Below are positions 26,130 to 35,162 of a stretch of DNA of 64,000 nucleotides, piece by piece; positions within the stretch are counted from its first letter, which is position 1; each line of letters opens with the position of its first letter. Where the stretch lies: assembly GCA_903861145.1 (NCBI GenBank), contig CAIOTH010000042.1:98236-162235 (forward strand), given 5' to 3'. A program made the translations under genes and the position numbers. The DNA comes from an uncultured Bacteroidota bacterium (GTDB lineage: Bacteria; Bacteroidota; Bacteroidia; Chitinophagales; LD1). The notes beneath the pieces were generated by a model. It saw nothing but the letters and a program-made list of their open reading frames with translations, was not told the DNA's origin and did not search any database.

Positions 26130-26840
26130 TCAATTTCTTAAAAACGTAAATATAATGGCAATAGTAACTTTAAACATATAGTAAATGGTTCCGAAGCCCT
26201 GGATGGAGGATTGTCCTCCCTGGCGCTCTACCATCTGCACGGGCACTTCTCCAAATTTCAATCCGTTCCGATTATAGATAATCAACGCTTCAGGTTCAGG
26301 ATATTCATCCGGGTAGTAAGCGTATAGCAACTCCATGGTTTTACGATTCATTAGGCGCATGCCTGATGTAGGGTCTGTTACCGTTTCTCCGGTAATCAAC
26401 TTCAACAACCATTGAAAATATTTAATGCCGCTACGACGCATAATGGTACTTTGGAAACCTTCGTTTTTTATAAACCTTGAACCAATTACCACATCCCAGT
26501 TGTTTTTGCGCAATTCCTCCATTAACATGGGTATGGGGCCTGTAGGGTGCTGACCATCGCCATCAATTTGTACCGCGTAATCAAAGTCGTTATTAAAGGC
26601 ATATTTTATACCCGTTTGCACTGCCCCACCAATACCCAGGTTAATGGGCAAATTCAAGGCAATACAGTTAAGCCCGCTAATTATTTTCAGGGTTGAATCT
26701 TTCGAGCAATCGTTTACCACCACCGGCACCACCGTAATTTCATCGGTGGAAACGCTGTTAACATTGGCAACCACGGCTGCAATGCTTTCTTGTTCGTTGT
26801 AAGCAGGTATTATCACTGCTATTTTAACCCGGGTGCTCAT
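26130..26840 (-). CDS. GT2 polyprenyl-phosphate glycosyltransferase (DPM1/GtrB/ArnC/PpgS-like)
   Basis: 236 aa. VIIPAYNE, NDCSKDST, QIDGDGQH (DxD) and DPTSGMR motifs. Confidence 0.8.
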   Translation of the reverse strand: MSTRVKIAVIIPAYNEQESIAAVVANVNSVSTDEITVVPVVVNDCSKDSTLKIISGLNCIALNLPINLGIGGAVQTGIKYAFNNDFDYAVQIDGDGQHPTGPIPMLMEELRKNNWDVVIGSRFIKNEGFQSTIMRRSGIKYFQWLLKLITGETVTDPTSGMRLMNRKTMELLYAYYPDEYPEPEALIIYNRNGLKFGEVPVQMVERQGGQSSIQGFGTIYYMFKVTIAIIFTFLRN

Positions 26841-26975
26841 TATTAATTATATGGGCTAAAATATAATCTTTAAAAGTACTTCCCTCTTTTTATGCTTATT
26901 TTTTAGTTCTTCGTGTTGTGAACTTGTCTTTAAGATAAGACAGGGGCTGGTTTTTGTGGTTCAACAGGCAAATAG

Positions 26976-26983
26976 TAGGTTTG
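26976..26983 (+). promoter_or_regulatory. Bacteroidota -7 promoter box upstream of SDR gene
   Basis: TAGGTTTG matches TAnnTTTG, 16 nt upstream of ATG 26999. Confidence 0.35.
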
Positions 26984-26998
26984 TTTAAATATTAACTG

Positions 26999-27847
26999 AT
27001 GCGCATAGCCATTACAGGCTCAAATGGTTTTATTGGTAATGAATTGGCCCGTCATTTTCTTTCGAATGGTTATGAGGTGCTATTGCTCCAAAGGAAAGCA
27101 CCCGAAAGTTTGCTATTGGGGGCTACATGCCAGGCCTACGATATCAATACTCCTGATGTATTACCCAACCTAACTGATGTCGATGCGTTGGTTCATACAG
27201 CATACATGCCTTTTAATGGAAACAATAATTCGACCGAAAAGAACATTAAGGCAACCCTTGCTTTATATAATTTGTGTTTAAGCCAAGGCGTTCACTTTGT
27301 TTTTCTTTCTTCCATGTCAGCACATGCCAATGCGCTATCGCAATACGGCAAACATAAGTTTGAATTAGAGAATCAATTAAACAGCGATAAATGTTTGATA
27401 CTAAAGCTGGGTTTGGTGATAGGAGAGCAGGGACTATTCAATCGGATTTATAACTCATTTAAGAAAATGCCTTTTGCCGTTTTGGTGGGCGGTGGCACAC
27501 AACCGGTACAAACTATTTACATAGGCGATGTGGTAAAAGTTATTGCAAACTGTATTGCTCAAAAACGAATAGGAACCTATACGCTTGCCAGTGGAAAAGT
27601 ATATACCATGGCGGAACTTTTTATCGCTATTGCAGCCAAGGCAGGCAAGACGCCGATATTTATTTCGGTGCCCTACTGGTTGGTAAGTTGTGGTATTAAA
27701 ACAATTGAGTTAGTACATCTACCTCTGTCAGTATCGAGCGAAAACCTGCTGGGGCTTAAACAATTACAGGCATTTGATACCAGCGATGATTTAAGGAAAT
27801 TGGGTATAACGCCACTTGATTTACAGCAAAGCCTTAACCTTTTGTAA
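26999..27847 (+). CDS. NAD(P)-dependent epimerase/dehydratase family SDR
   Basis: ITGSNGFIGNEL glycine-rich loop. Catalytic S...YGKHK (YxxxK). Confidence 0.75.
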   Translation: MRIAITGSNGFIGNELARHFLSNGYEVLLLQRKAPESLLLGATCQAYDINTPDVLPNLTDVDALVHTAYMPFNGNNNSTEKNIKATLALYNLCLSQGVHFVFLSSMSAHANALSQYGKHKFELENQLNSDKCLILKLGLVIGEQGLFNRIYNSFKKMPFAVLVGGGTQPVQTIYIGDVVKVIANCIAQKRIGTYTLASGKVYTMAELFIAIAAKAGKTPIFISVPYWLVSCGIKTIELVHLPLSVSSENLLGLKQLQAFDTSDDLRKLGITPLDLQQSLNLL

Positions 27848-27849
27848 AT

Positions 27850-30084
27850 CTATTTTTGTCCGGCAAGTCTTGCGGCTTCAGCACGATTGTTTTTCAGCAT
27901 CGCGTTTTGTGCATCTATCTTTAATCCCCGGTCGCAGGCATCCATTGCTTTTTGGTATTCCTTTAGCTGGTTGTAAGCCGAGCAGATGTTATTCCAGGCA
28001 ATACTACTGTTAGGATTAAGTTTAAGTGCCTTTTTAGCGGCTTCAATAGTTTTTAAATAATCCTGCTGCACATAGTAATTATAGCTAAGGTTGTGGTAGT
28101 AAGCCTCGTTAGGTACAAAGGTCTTTTTTGCTTTGTAACTCTCTGCTACATTGTTTTTTAGCAGCTGAAAGTCGGGGTCAATAGCAAATCCCTTTTTGGA
28201 ATATTCAATGGCTTCATCAAACATTTTGAGTGAGTTGTAAGAAGCTACCACATCGTTAATGGCAACTTTATCATTCGGCTTTAACTCTACGCATTTTTTA
28301 AACGCAATTACCGCCTTGTTGTAATCAGCTTTTTGGTAATAACCAACACCTTCTGCCAATAATGCAGCAAACGGATCTGCCGGTGCGGGTGTAGTATAAG
28401 TTACCGTTGCCTGCGAGGGGCTGTTTGACTGAACGTAAGTTATCCTTGGATTTTTTACTATTGCGCATAACGGTGTTTGATCAGCCTTTACCTGGTAAAT
28501 GGTTCCTGCCGGCGGCCAGTGTAATAAAAGATCGTGATTGAACTTCGATTCAGATGGTAACACGATACTATAATCCCAATCCTGCGAGTTTTCCTCACAT
28601 AAAGCATAGGCAAGCGTTTGGCTGCTATCTATATAATGGGTAAGTTTTATTTGCTCGCCGTACCACATTCTAACCCGCGCTTTTCTTCCCGGGGCATGTA
28701 TTGAATCATGCTCCGCTATCCAATCAACTGCAGGCCTTATTGAGTATCCGTAATAATCCATTTCATAATTCTTAAACGCCCCTTTTACCCCACCAACCAC
28801 GGGTGAGAAGTACATGGATTGAACCGGGTTGTTACAGGCAATGAATCGTGCGGGCTCACCTATTAACATTAAAAACAAAATGCCCAAAGCCATTCTTTGG
28901 TAACTATCTTTTACCTGCTTAAAAAGCTCAGCCCATGCTAGTGTGGCCAAAATAATAAGGCCGGGAACGGCAAACAGTACGTGCCTTTCAGCATTCAAAA
29001 CGTTCGAATCGCTGATGATAATTGAAAGCATCGGGAACAAGAAAGAGAACATCAGTAACCCGTAAGCCAGTATTTCACTTTTACTCTTTTTCAAAAATTT
29101 AGGTATCAAAATCAAAAATAAAGCGCACCCGAAGATGGTGGTAAGCGGGAGCGTGATATAAATCCATTTGGGCTGCCAGTACCATGGCCTCTGACCATTT
29201 CCGATCCACTCGCCTTCAAAAACTTCAGAACAGTTAAATTCATTCAGGCTCTTGAATACGGAAAGCGAACGCCATGGATTAAGAATAGGATTAAGTGTAT
29301 CCCAGGGCCAAAACAATGCGCAACCTAAATAGCCAATAACCGACACTATACCTGCAATAACAAATATTTTGATGGCTCTGTTAAAGTCAATTTCGTTGGT
29401 ATACCACAGGTATAATAAATAAGGAAAGAGGAAAGCCTGGAAGTAAAATATAAGTATAGCACCACCCGATCTGATGCCCATAGCCATGCTAAAGCTTAGG
29501 CCCAGTAGTATCATTCGTTTAATGCTTAGATTGGGTAGCTCCTTAAACGTGCTTATTATTTGCCACATGCAAAACATAAACATGGTGGCAAAAGGAATGT
29601 CCTTAGGGTTGCTTAAGGCGTAGCCAAATAAACGGGGCGTAAATGTGGCTATAACAAGACCCAACAATGCAATTCCCCAGCTATCAGTTATTGTTAGGCA
29701 AATCAGGCCAATAATAATGAACAATAAAACACCATAAATGGATGAGATAATATGCTTTGATTCGTATGGGTCAAAAAAATGGTGGGTTATGGTTCTGTAA
29801 ATAAGTTCGGATGTGCCATCAACAAAACCACCGTAAATATTAATAGCTGTTTTGCTGGTAGCGCCTTCAGTTGCCAGTTTCCATACACCGTTATCAAAGG
29901 GCGACATTACTGCTGTTGAATCTACACCACGGTACCAGTCAAGCACATGCCTTCCGTAGGTAATGTGCTGGGGTTCATCTTCGGTAATACCGGCATGCAT
30001 GCTCAGTAAAGGAAGAATGACAATGCAAGCCGCGGCCCACAGAAAAAAGAGAGTCTTAAATGGATTTGAAAGGTCAATTTTCAT
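27850..30084 (-). CDS. GT-C type membrane glycosyltransferase fused to C-terminal TPR repeats
   Basis: 744 aa. About 11-13 TM helices with acidic loop-1 motif GITEDEPQH, a soluble middle domain, then 4-5 TPR units (YYQKADYNKAVIAFKKCVELKPND ... YNQLKEYQKAMDACDRGLKIDAQN). Confidence 0.7.
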   Translation of the reverse strand: MKIDLSNPFKTLFFLWAAACIVILPLLSMHAGITEDEPQHITYGRHVLDWYRGVDSTAVMSPFDNGVWKLATEGATSKTAINIYGGFVDGTSELIYRTITHHFFDPYESKHIISSIYGVLLFIIIGLICLTITDSWGIALLGLVIATFTPRLFGYALSNPKDIPFATMFMFCMWQIISTFKELPNLSIKRMILLGLSFSMAMGIRSGGAILIFYFQAFLFPYLLYLWYTNEIDFNRAIKIFVIAGIVSVIGYLGCALFWPWDTLNPILNPWRSLSVFKSLNEFNCSEVFEGEWIGNGQRPWYWQPKWIYITLPLTTIFGCALFLILIPKFLKKSKSEILAYGLLMFSFLFPMLSIIISDSNVLNAERHVLFAVPGLIILATLAWAELFKQVKDSYQRMALGILFLMLIGEPARFIACNNPVQSMYFSPVVGGVKGAFKNYEMDYYGYSIRPAVDWIAEHDSIHAPGRKARVRMWYGEQIKLTHYIDSSQTLAYALCEENSQDWDYSIVLPSESKFNHDLLLHWPPAGTIYQVKADQTPLCAIVKNPRITYVQSNSPSQATVTYTTPAPADPFAALLAEGVGYYQKADYNKAVIAFKKCVELKPNDKVAINDVVASYNSLKMFDEAIEYSKKGFAIDPDFQLLKNNVAESYKAKKTFVPNEAYYHNLSYNYYVQQDYLKTIEAAKKALKLNPNSSIAWNNICSAYNQLKEYQKAMDACDRGLKIDAQNAMLKNNRAEAARLAGQK

Positions 30085-30282
30085 TTATTGCATTAAAATG
30101 GTTCGCCCAAATATATTTATTTACTGGTTTTCGGTAATGTTCGGGTTATGCTACACTGTCAATTATCTATTGAAAAGTAATATAGTATGGCAATTATGTA
30201 AAATGCTCAATTAATTTAACTTCGCAATTATCGATTGGGTTGACACCGGGCATTGAATTTACAAGCATTAACAAAACAGCGA

Positions 30283-30918
30283 ATGGCAGAAAATAAAAGT
30301 GGCTTACATGCAATCATTACTTTACCGCGGGTATTCAACTTTATACAGTGGCTTGCAGGTGCAAAGATGTACCGCAACAAGATGTTGCAAGATTACATTA
30401 AGCCATTTGATGGATGCAGGATACTGGATATAGGATGCGGCACAGGTGAGTATATTGACCACCTTGATGACTTCTGTAAAGAATATGAGTATTATGGCTT
30501 TGATGGTGAGGCTGTGTATATTGACCATGCCAAAAAGGTTTTTAAGGATAGAAAGAATGTGCATTTCTACCTACAGATTTTAACCGAAGACAGCATTAAA
30601 GATTATGAGGGGTTTGATATGGTCATCGCCACGGGTGTTTTGCATCATCTTGATGACCAGATTGTGACATCGCTGTTAAAAGTGGCTAAGCTTGCACTTA
30701 AACCCGGTGGCAAATTTGTTAGTTACGACCCGGGCAAGTTTGAAAAAATGAGTGTTTTGGAAAACGTTTTTTGGAAGTATGACCGTGGCCGTAGTATTAG
30801 AACTGTTGAACAAACAGAAGCACTTATAAAGCCGATATTCCCTAACTATAAGGCTCATACGCCTTACCTTACCTACTATAAAAGCCGCAACATTGTGTTT
30901 GAATGTTTCAATACCTAA
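30283..30918 (+). CDS. class I SAM-dependent methyltransferase
   Basis: Motif I ILDIGCGTGEY and post-I/II region. ATG 30283 preferred over the track's TTG 30253. Confidence 0.75.
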   Translation: MAENKSGLHAIITLPRVFNFIQWLAGAKMYRNKMLQDYIKPFDGCRILDIGCGTGEYIDHLDDFCKEYEYYGFDGEAVYIDHAKKVFKDRKNVHFYLQILTEDSIKDYEGFDMVIATGVLHHLDDQIVTSLLKVAKLALKPGGKFVSYDPGKFEKMSVLENVFWKYDRGRSIRTVEQTEALIKPIFPNYKAHTPYLTYYKSRNIVFECFNT

Positions 30919-30996
30919 GGGGAAGCCTTTTTCGAACCTGAAATTAGGCTAAACCACCAATTGTAAAACAGTAATCTGAAAATGGACTGTTTTGCT

Positions 30997-31004
30997 TATG
31001 TTTG
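30997..31004 (+). promoter_or_regulatory. Bacteroidota -7 promoter box upstream of GT2 gene
   Basis: TATGTTTG matches TAnnTTTG, 39 nt upstream of ATG 31043. Preceded by hairpin AAAACAGT...ACTGTTTT (30966-30994). Confidence 0.4.
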
Positions 31005-31042
31005 AAACATCTTAAACTGAAATCAGAAATTTTATAATTGGG

Positions 31043-32083
31043 ATGGGCGCGGAGAAGAAAGTTGCAGTTGTTATTTTAAGCTGGAACGGCATTAAATTTC
31101 TTGAACAGTTTCTGCCATCGGTAGTAAAAAACACTTCGTTAGATTTATGCGAGATTGTTGTTGCAGATAACTGCTCAACCGATGGTTCTGTACAGTTTGT
31201 ACAAAAGAATTATCCTCAAATTACTATTGTTCAAAACAAGCGCAACGGCGGATATGCCGGTGGGTATAACGATGCACTTAAAAGCGTTAAAGCCAAATAC
31301 TATGTGCTGCTTAACCAGGATGTTGAAGTAACCCCCAACTGGGTTGAGGCGGTTATTGAGCAAATGGATAAAAGCGACGATATAGTTGCCGCCCAGCCTA
31401 AACTGCGCGATTTCTACAAACGCGATTACTTTGAATATGCAGGTGGTGCAGGCGGATATATGGACCGCTATGGTTATGCTTTTTGCCGTGGCCGTTTGTT
31501 TGATACCATTGAGAAAGACGAAGGCCAGTATGATGATGTAAGAGAGATTTTTTGGGCCACCGGTGCTTGTATGTTTGTGCGCTCGGAAATTTTTTGGAAG
31601 GCAGGCGCTTTTGACGAAGACTTTTTTGCCCACCAGGAAGAAATCGACCTTTGCTGGCGGGTTAGAAACATGGGCTACCATATTATCTGTGTTCCTGCCT
31701 CAGTAATTTACCATGTTGGCGGCGGTAGTTTACCCCAGGGCAATCCAAGAAAAACATACCTCAATTTCAGGAACAACATGATGATGATGTTTAAAAACCT
31801 GCCCTTGTATATGATGTTGTGGAAAATACCGTTGCGGTTTGGCCTTGATGTATTGGCAGGGTATTACGGCATTTATAAGCATGGCGGGTTTAAAGATATG
31901 CTGGCCATTTTTAAGGCGCATGTAGCCTTTTGTTTTGCTCTGCCTCAATTAATCAGAAAGCGCAGAGTAATTCCGCATCCCTCTTCAGTTTACTTCTCGC
32001 AGGTTAATCTTTTATGGCAGTATTTTGGGCGCGATAAAACAAAATTCAGCGAGCTGGTAATACAAGCCCCTACGCGCAACTAA
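31043..32083 (+). CDS. GT2 family glycosyltransferase (rhamnosyltransferase-like)
   Basis: VVILSWNG, ADNCSTDGS, LNQDVEV (DxD-like) and HQEEIDLCWR motifs. Confidence 0.8.
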   Translation: MGAEKKVAVVILSWNGIKFLEQFLPSVVKNTSLDLCEIVVADNCSTDGSVQFVQKNYPQITIVQNKRNGGYAGGYNDALKSVKAKYYVLLNQDVEVTPNWVEAVIEQMDKSDDIVAAQPKLRDFYKRDYFEYAGGAGGYMDRYGYAFCRGRLFDTIEKDEGQYDDVREIFWATGACMFVRSEIFWKAGAFDEDFFAHQEEIDLCWRVRNMGYHIICVPASVIYHVGGGSLPQGNPRKTYLNFRNNMMMMFKNLPLYMMLWKIPLRFGLDVLAGYYGIYKHGGFKDMLAIFKAHVAFCFALPQLIRKRRVIPHPSSVYFSQVNLLWQYFGRDKTKFSELVIQAPTRN

Positions 32084-32557
32084 TTACTTTTTTGGCGCTC
32101 TTATAATTACCGAATTTAAGTCGGCGGTTCTTCCCGTTAATGAAATTGGCATAAAGCAATATTCTACTTTACCGTTTGAGTAAACCCTTGCCGGAAATTT
32201 TTGGTGATTATTATGTTTTGAAACCAGGAAGGGTTCCACATAACGGGTTTCAATTAGCTTAAAACCGTTTTTGATAACCTTTTGCAAGGTATCGGTTGCA
32301 CGACTGGCGTCCATTTCGGCGGCATACAAATCACACAGTTCATGCTCAGCCTGAAAGTAGAATACCGAACGCTGGCCGCTACAATTAAACACCACCATGG
32401 TTTGATATTTATCGGCTACCGTGCATTGCTGAAAGGAGAGGAGGATTTCTTCGCGGTTATGGCCTAGGTAGTTTTGGGCGGAGGTAAACTGATAGCTAAA
32501 TGCCAGTATTAAGGCCAACGCGCTTTTATAATGGTTTCCAACAAATCTCCTTGCCAT
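32084..32557 (-). CDS. secreted hypothetical protein
   Basis: ORF abuts the GT2 stop. ATG 32557 gives signal peptide MARRFVGNHYKSALALILAFSYQFTSAQ; the track start 32626 adds 23 non-signal residues. Confidence 0.55.
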   Translation of the reverse strand: MARRFVGNHYKSALALILAFSYQFTSAQNYLGHNREEILLSFQQCTVADKYQTMVVFNCSGQRSVFYFQAEHELCDLYAAEMDASRATDTLQKVIKNGFKLIETRYVEPFLVSKHNNHQKFPARVYSNGKVEYCFMPISLTGRTADLNSVIIRAPKK

Positions 32558-33110
32558 AGTTAAACGCAAATCTAAAGCTATTAAAGCAATACAAAACTCC
32601 TGCGTTCCTAACGGGTTTACTGCCAATAATTGCCCGCGCGCTGAAATAAATTCTGTATACTTTTGTATACTTTTGTGATAATCGTTATATGTAAAGTGCA
32701 GTTTTGCAATAAGTTATGATGACAAAAATGATCAAAAACCGCCTATTTTCAAACGTGTATACCTTTTGTAAATAATTGTTTGTCACTTGTTTATACCTGA
32801 ATAGAGAGCAAAAACAGGGTATTTTTGCCCTTTTATTCATAAAAACTTAACAGCCGTTACCCCTAACTTTCACCAATTACATTTATGCAAAGGCGGGTAT
32901 ATACCGGTTATATAATGTCAATGAACGTTGCTTTACCAAATAATGCTTGAAATTGCAATGTTGCTATTTGGTATTATATTACGAAGTTAAAGGTATTTAT
33001 GTGGCGCTGCAATGGGGTGGGGATAAGTAAATTGGTAGAAACCTGATAGTATTGAAAATCAAACAAGTGCGAGGTTGTAACTTCTCCACTATATTCTAAA
33101 AGCTAATCGC

Positions 33111-33118
33111 TATATTTG
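33111..33118 (+). promoter_or_regulatory. Bacteroidota -7 promoter box upstream of ahcY
   Basis: TATATTTG matches TAnnTTTG, 20 nt upstream of ATG 33138. Confidence 0.45.
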
Positions 33119-33137
33119 CCCCCGCTAAAACCAAATT

Positions 33138-34454
33138 ATGTCAACAACAACAGATAACAAAGTGAATTACAAAGTAAAGGACATGAGCCTTGCTGCCTGG
33201 GGCAGAAAAGAAATTTTGCTTGCAGAAGCTGAAATGCCGGGATTAATGGCTCTCCGTGCTAAACATGGTAAAGAAAAACCGCTTAAAGGTGCTCGTATTG
33301 CAGGTTGCCTGCACATGACCATCCAAACAGCTGTTTTGATTGAAACCCTGAAAGAACTGGGCGCTGAAGTTAGCTGGAGTTCTTGCAACATCTTCTCTAC
33401 GCAAGACCACGCTGCTGCTGCTATTGCTGCTGCTGGTTACCCTGTTTTTGCCTGGAAAGGAATGAACGAGCAGGAATTTGACTGGTGTATTGAACAAACA
33501 CTTTTTGCTTTTGAAGGTGGAAAGGCTTTAAATATGATTTTGGATGACGGTGGCGATTTAACCAACATGGTTTTCGACCGTTTCCCTGAGCTGGCTCAAG
33601 GTATCCGTGGTATTTCTGAAGAAACTACTACCGGTGTTCACCGTTTATACGAGCGTGAGAAGAATGGCACTTTGTTATTGCCTGCTATCAACATTAACGA
33701 CTCGGTTACCAAATCTAAATTCGATAACAAATACGGTTGCCGCGAATCGTTAGTTGATGCTATCCGCCGCGCTACCGACCTGATGATGGCCGGTAAAGTG
33801 GCTGTTGTTGCAGGTTTTGGCGATGTGGGTAAAGGCTCGGCTGATTCATTGAGCAACGCCGGTGTTCGTGTTATTGTAACTGAAATTGACCCTATTTGCG
33901 CTTTACAAGCTGCTATGGAAGGTTATGAAGTGAAGAAAATGGATACGGCAATTAAAGAAGCTGACATTATTGTAACCGCTACCGGTAACTGCGATATTAT
34001 ACAAGACAAGCACTTTAAAGCCATGAAGCATAACGCTGTTGTTTGTAACATCGGCCACTTCGATAACGAAATTGACATGGCATGGTTAAACAAAAACCAC
34101 GGCGCATCGAAAGACGTTATTAAGCCACAGGTTGATAAATACACAGTTGACGGTAAAGATATCATCGTGTTAGCTGAAGGCCGTTTGGTAAACTTAGGTT
34201 GCGCTACAGGCCACCCTTCGTTTGTAATGAGTAACTCGTTTACCAACCAAACACTGGCGCAGTTAGAACTTTGGCTACATGCTGAACGTTATGAAAACCG
34301 CGTTTATACTTTGCCTAAACACCTTGATGAAATGGTTGCCATGTTGCACCTCGAAAAAATTGGTGTTGAGTTAGAAGAACTAAACGACAAACAAGCTAAC
34401 TACATTGGCGTTAAGAAAACTGGACCATTTAAGGCTGAACATTATCGTTACTAG
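33138..34454 (+). CDS. ahcY: adenosylhomocysteinase
   Basis: 438 aa. [39 protein letters not shown] site [17 protein letters not shown] and C-terminal FKAEHYRY. Confidence 0.95.
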   Translation: MSTTTDNKVNYKVKDMSLAAWGRKEILLAEAEMPGLMALRAKHGKEKPLKGARIAGCLHMTIQTAVLIETLKELGAEVSWSSCNIFSTQDHAAAAIAAAGYPVFAWKGMNEQEFDWCIEQTLFAFEGGKALNMILDDGGDLTNMVFDRFPELAQGIRGISEETTTGVHRLYEREKNGTLLLPAININDSVTKSKFDNKYGCRESLVDAIRRATDLMMAGKVAVVAGFGDVGKGSADSLSNAGVRVIVTEIDPICALQAAMEGYEVKKMDTAIKEADIIVTATGNCDIIQDKHFKAMKHNAVVCNIGHFDNEIDMAWLNKNHGASKDVIKPQVDKYTVDGKDIIVLAEGRLVNLGCATGHPSFVMSNSFTNQTLAQLELWLHAERYENRVYTLPKHLDEMVAMLHLEKIGVELEELNDKQANYIGVKKTGPFKAEHYRY

Positions 34455-34476
34455 TATTGAGTATTGAGATATTATC

Positions 34477-34513
34477 AAAAAGGCAACCCGGTTAGGGTTG
34501 CCTTTTGTTTTTT
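34477..34513. terminator. bidirectional rho-independent terminator
   Basis: AAAAAGGCAACCC / GGGTTGCCTTTT stem with a 5-nt loop, then GTTTTTT. Lies between convergent stops at 34454 (+) and 34524 (-). Confidence 0.8.
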
Positions 34514-34523
34514 AGGCAACGAA

Positions 34524-35042
34524 TTATCTTATACGAATACTATCATTGTTTATTAAAGATGGTTCAACTTCAACACGCAGAACTCTTTTTCTATTACCAT
34601 CTTCCGTATAAAATATCCTCAAAGGCATACTGTCATGCAAAACATTCCTTTCTCCGAAATAATATTCCAGTAATCCTTTAGTAACGTGGTTTTCAAAAGT
34701 TGTACCACCAACCTCGAAGGTTTGATTACCTTTTTCATTTGGTATAAACTGTAACTTATTCACACTCCCTTCTGCAATTTTGTAGGTTTTGTTAACATAA
34801 GTACTTCTTAACCGCAAATAATCATATCCGCTAGCAAATGATACGGTAATTGCAATAAAGCACAATAGCAGTACCCATATCTTTATAAAAATTGGGCTGC
34901 GTTTAATCTGGAATGAATTTGGAGCTAAAGAATTTATCAAAATCCCGCATAAAATCATTGCCCCAATTGCGAAAAGGAACAAAACTATTTTCAATGGCGA
35001 TTCGTTGGAAAAATCGTAAAGTACATATTGTGTATCTTGCAT
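34524..35042 (-). CDS. membrane protein, unknown function
   Basis: 172-aa ORF with two N-terminal TM helices and a soluble C-terminal domain. Confidence 0.55.
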   Translation of the reverse strand: MQDTQYVLYDFSNESPLKIVLFLFAIGAMILCGILINSLAPNSFQIKRSPIFIKIWVLLLCFIAITVSFASGYDYLRLRSTYVNKTYKIAEGSVNKLQFIPNEKGNQTFEVGGTTFENHVTKGLLEYYFGERNVLHDSMPLRIFYTEDGNRKRVLRVEVEPSLINNDSIRIR

Positions 35043-35162
35043 AGGTCCTTATTGTTGCCCGGTGAATATAGTATTAAGTTGTTATTTAGCTTTTGCGCAT
35101 TTTGTGCCGGGAACATTTATGAAAAATTGATTTTCATAATAAATTACTATTTGGTTTAATTT

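Noticed and set aside
32990-33137. Possible SAH (or other) riboswitch in front of ahcY. The string GGCGCTGCAA loosely recalls the SAH riboswitch core.
   Set aside because: I could not build the expected helices or pseudoknot around it. A good TATATTTG -7 box sits only 20 nt upstream of the ATG, so the candidate sequence would lie upstream of the transcription start. A cmsearch with the Rfam SAH, SAM and SAM/SAH models would settle it.
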